From: Chrysomallon squamiferum
Taxonomy: Eukaryota; Animalia; Mollusca
Length of the DNA: 64,000 nucleotides
Direction of reading: 5' to 3'
Assembly: GCA_012295275.1 (NCBI GenBank)
Contig: CM022671.1
Location: 28,520,001-28,584,000 of the forward strand
Below are positions 62,179-64,000 of the stretch, one piece after another (the stretch's first letter is position 1; each line of letters opens with the position of its first letter). A model generated the notes under the pieces. It ran no database searches. It had not been told where the DNA came from and was given only the letters and a program-made list of their open reading frames with translations. The translations under genes were made by a program, and so were the position numbers.

Positions 62179-62229
62179 AAGTTCGGCACTGAAGTTTAGG
62201 TTCAAGAATTTCCTATCAATCACATACAT
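62179..62229 (-). CDS. Candidate upstream coding exon (MYVIDRKFLNLNFSAEL) of the FRMD4-like gene
   Basis: ttttcag|ATG...CTT|gtaaga; 51 nt, phase 0, open, joins in frame to the 57250 exon. That exon has a splice acceptor immediately before its ATG, so an upstream exon is implied. No homology support. Confidence 0.4.
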
Positions 62230-62896
62230 CTGAAAAGTCTGTCAATTGCCAGCTGCCATCAAATGTGTCATGGACATAAGCTGTCACACATCGATGGAAT
62301 CTTCATTAAAACTTTTAGATGACTGATCACCTCTCAGTAATAGATGTATATTGTTACTCAATATATATATACAACACATCAGCAAAGTTCAGGCCAACTG
62401 GAAAGGTATTATTTAAAGTTTTTATTTATTTATTTGGTTTAAAACTACTTTATCTCAGTGCTAATCTAAAATATAGCAGCAAATATAAAAAATTGAAAAA
62501 AAAAAAAATGTAAGCAATGCATACAGAATTGAATGATTAATTTCACTGGGATTTTAATAAAATTACAAAAAGCTTTTATTTGTTGGTGGGTTTTTTTGTT
62601 TGTTTGTTGTTGTTTTGATTTTTTTCAACAATATTAAAAATCAGACATGTATAATGGTAGTAAATGTCAAAAACTTGTTTATTATGGTTTTTTTGATTTT
62701 TTTTGTTATTATTTATTTATATATTATTTTTTTAAACAAATTAACAACATAAAAAAAAAAAAAAACATACTAATTCATTTTCGCTGCCAGTATATGCAAA
62801 TGAATAATTAATACAGCTGACTGCTTAACACAAGTGCCAGAAACAATATTTTTATTATTTTATATCAGGCTGGTTAGGGGGTTTCTTGGGGCAGTG

Positions 62897-62928
<32 letters not shown>

Positions 62929-63292
62929 TTAAAGTACTTCATTATACAAGCTGTATCCATTATATTTGTAATTGTAATGAATGTCAAAAAAAAAAAAAAA
63001 ATAATAATAAAAAAAATAAATAAATAATAAAAAAAAAAAAAAAAATGTTCAGAAGTAAATGATTAATTTTACAGCCAATCTTGAACAGTGGTGGTAGCAA
63101 ATGCCAAATTTTTATTTTATTATTATGATAAAACATGTATAATGATAATGATTCATGACCCTGCCACTACCAGATATACAAGATAGACAAGATATACAAG
63201 ATAGAAAAGATAAAAATTTGAATACGTTTTTACAGAACTGAATGATTCATTTTAATGTATTGTTGAAAATGGTGGCATTTAAAATATAGGCT

Positions 63293-63344
<52 letters not shown>

Positions 63345-64000
63345 CATATGCCTTATAATTTAATTAATTAATTAATTATTATTATTATATAGATTCAAAA
63401 TAATAATAATAATAATAAAATAAATAAATAAATAAATAAATGAACAATAAAATAAAAATTAAAACAAAAAAGAGAAAACAATGAAATAAAGAAAAAACAA
63501 GTGGAAACCCAAAAAGCAAAAAGCAAAAAGGTTTAAATATTTGCTTGTTGTGGATTTCAACACCACTATCTTGTGGGTCCTTTTATCTATATATATAAAG
63601 ATTGTTGAGCAGCAGAAAAGTGAGGAGAAACTGTTGACTTGGCTTCACCTGTATAAACAAGAATCAGGTGAGAAAACAATGTATATTGACACACTGTGTA
63701 GTGATGGAATAGATGAGAAACTGACCAGTGGTCAGAGCTAGTACAGTTTGGATAAATAACACACAAATAAGGAAAACATTTTCTTTTTAATATTGTTTTT
63801 CTTTCTGTTGTTAAGATTTTAGTTTGATCTGTTTTTTAAATTTTAATGTGAACTGACAGTGCTATTAAACATTTTTAAATAAATAAAAACATGATTCTAA
63901 AGAAACTATATAAATCAACTAAAATTTACCCCCCTAAAAAACTTCCACAAACAAATAAAAGAGAATACAAAAATAAATAAAGAAATCAAAATATTAATGA

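Overview
AT-rich, microsatellite-dense animal genomic DNA, probably a lophotrochozoan such as a mollusc (inference from composition and protein divergence). It is not prokaryotic, and almost all ORFs in the supplied track are low-complexity artefacts. One large minus-strand gene spans most of the window: an FRMD4A/FRMD4B-family gene (FERM domain, then CUPID cytohesin-binding coiled coil, then a long Ser/Pro-rich tail). I rebuilt it by hand from 21 GT-AG exons between 57250 and 10465. Phases are continuous and give 3321 nt, or 1106 aa plus stop. A possible extra 5' exon lies at 62179-62229. I found no convincing novel multi-gene system. The most interesting signals concern isoform architecture. 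(1) A symmetric 105-nt exon is inserted in the FERM F3 lobe. (2) An in-frame intron read-through gives an alternative C-terminus ending in a PDZ-type motif (-ESLV*). (3) A TGCATG (Rbfox-type) cluster lies with candidate microexons. (4) A 5' splice site is tandemly amplified. (5) A candidate internal first exon would give a FERM-less CUPID isoform. There is also a TIR/TSD-bounded MITE-like element and several tandem repeats. All isoform claims are predictions that need RNA evidence.
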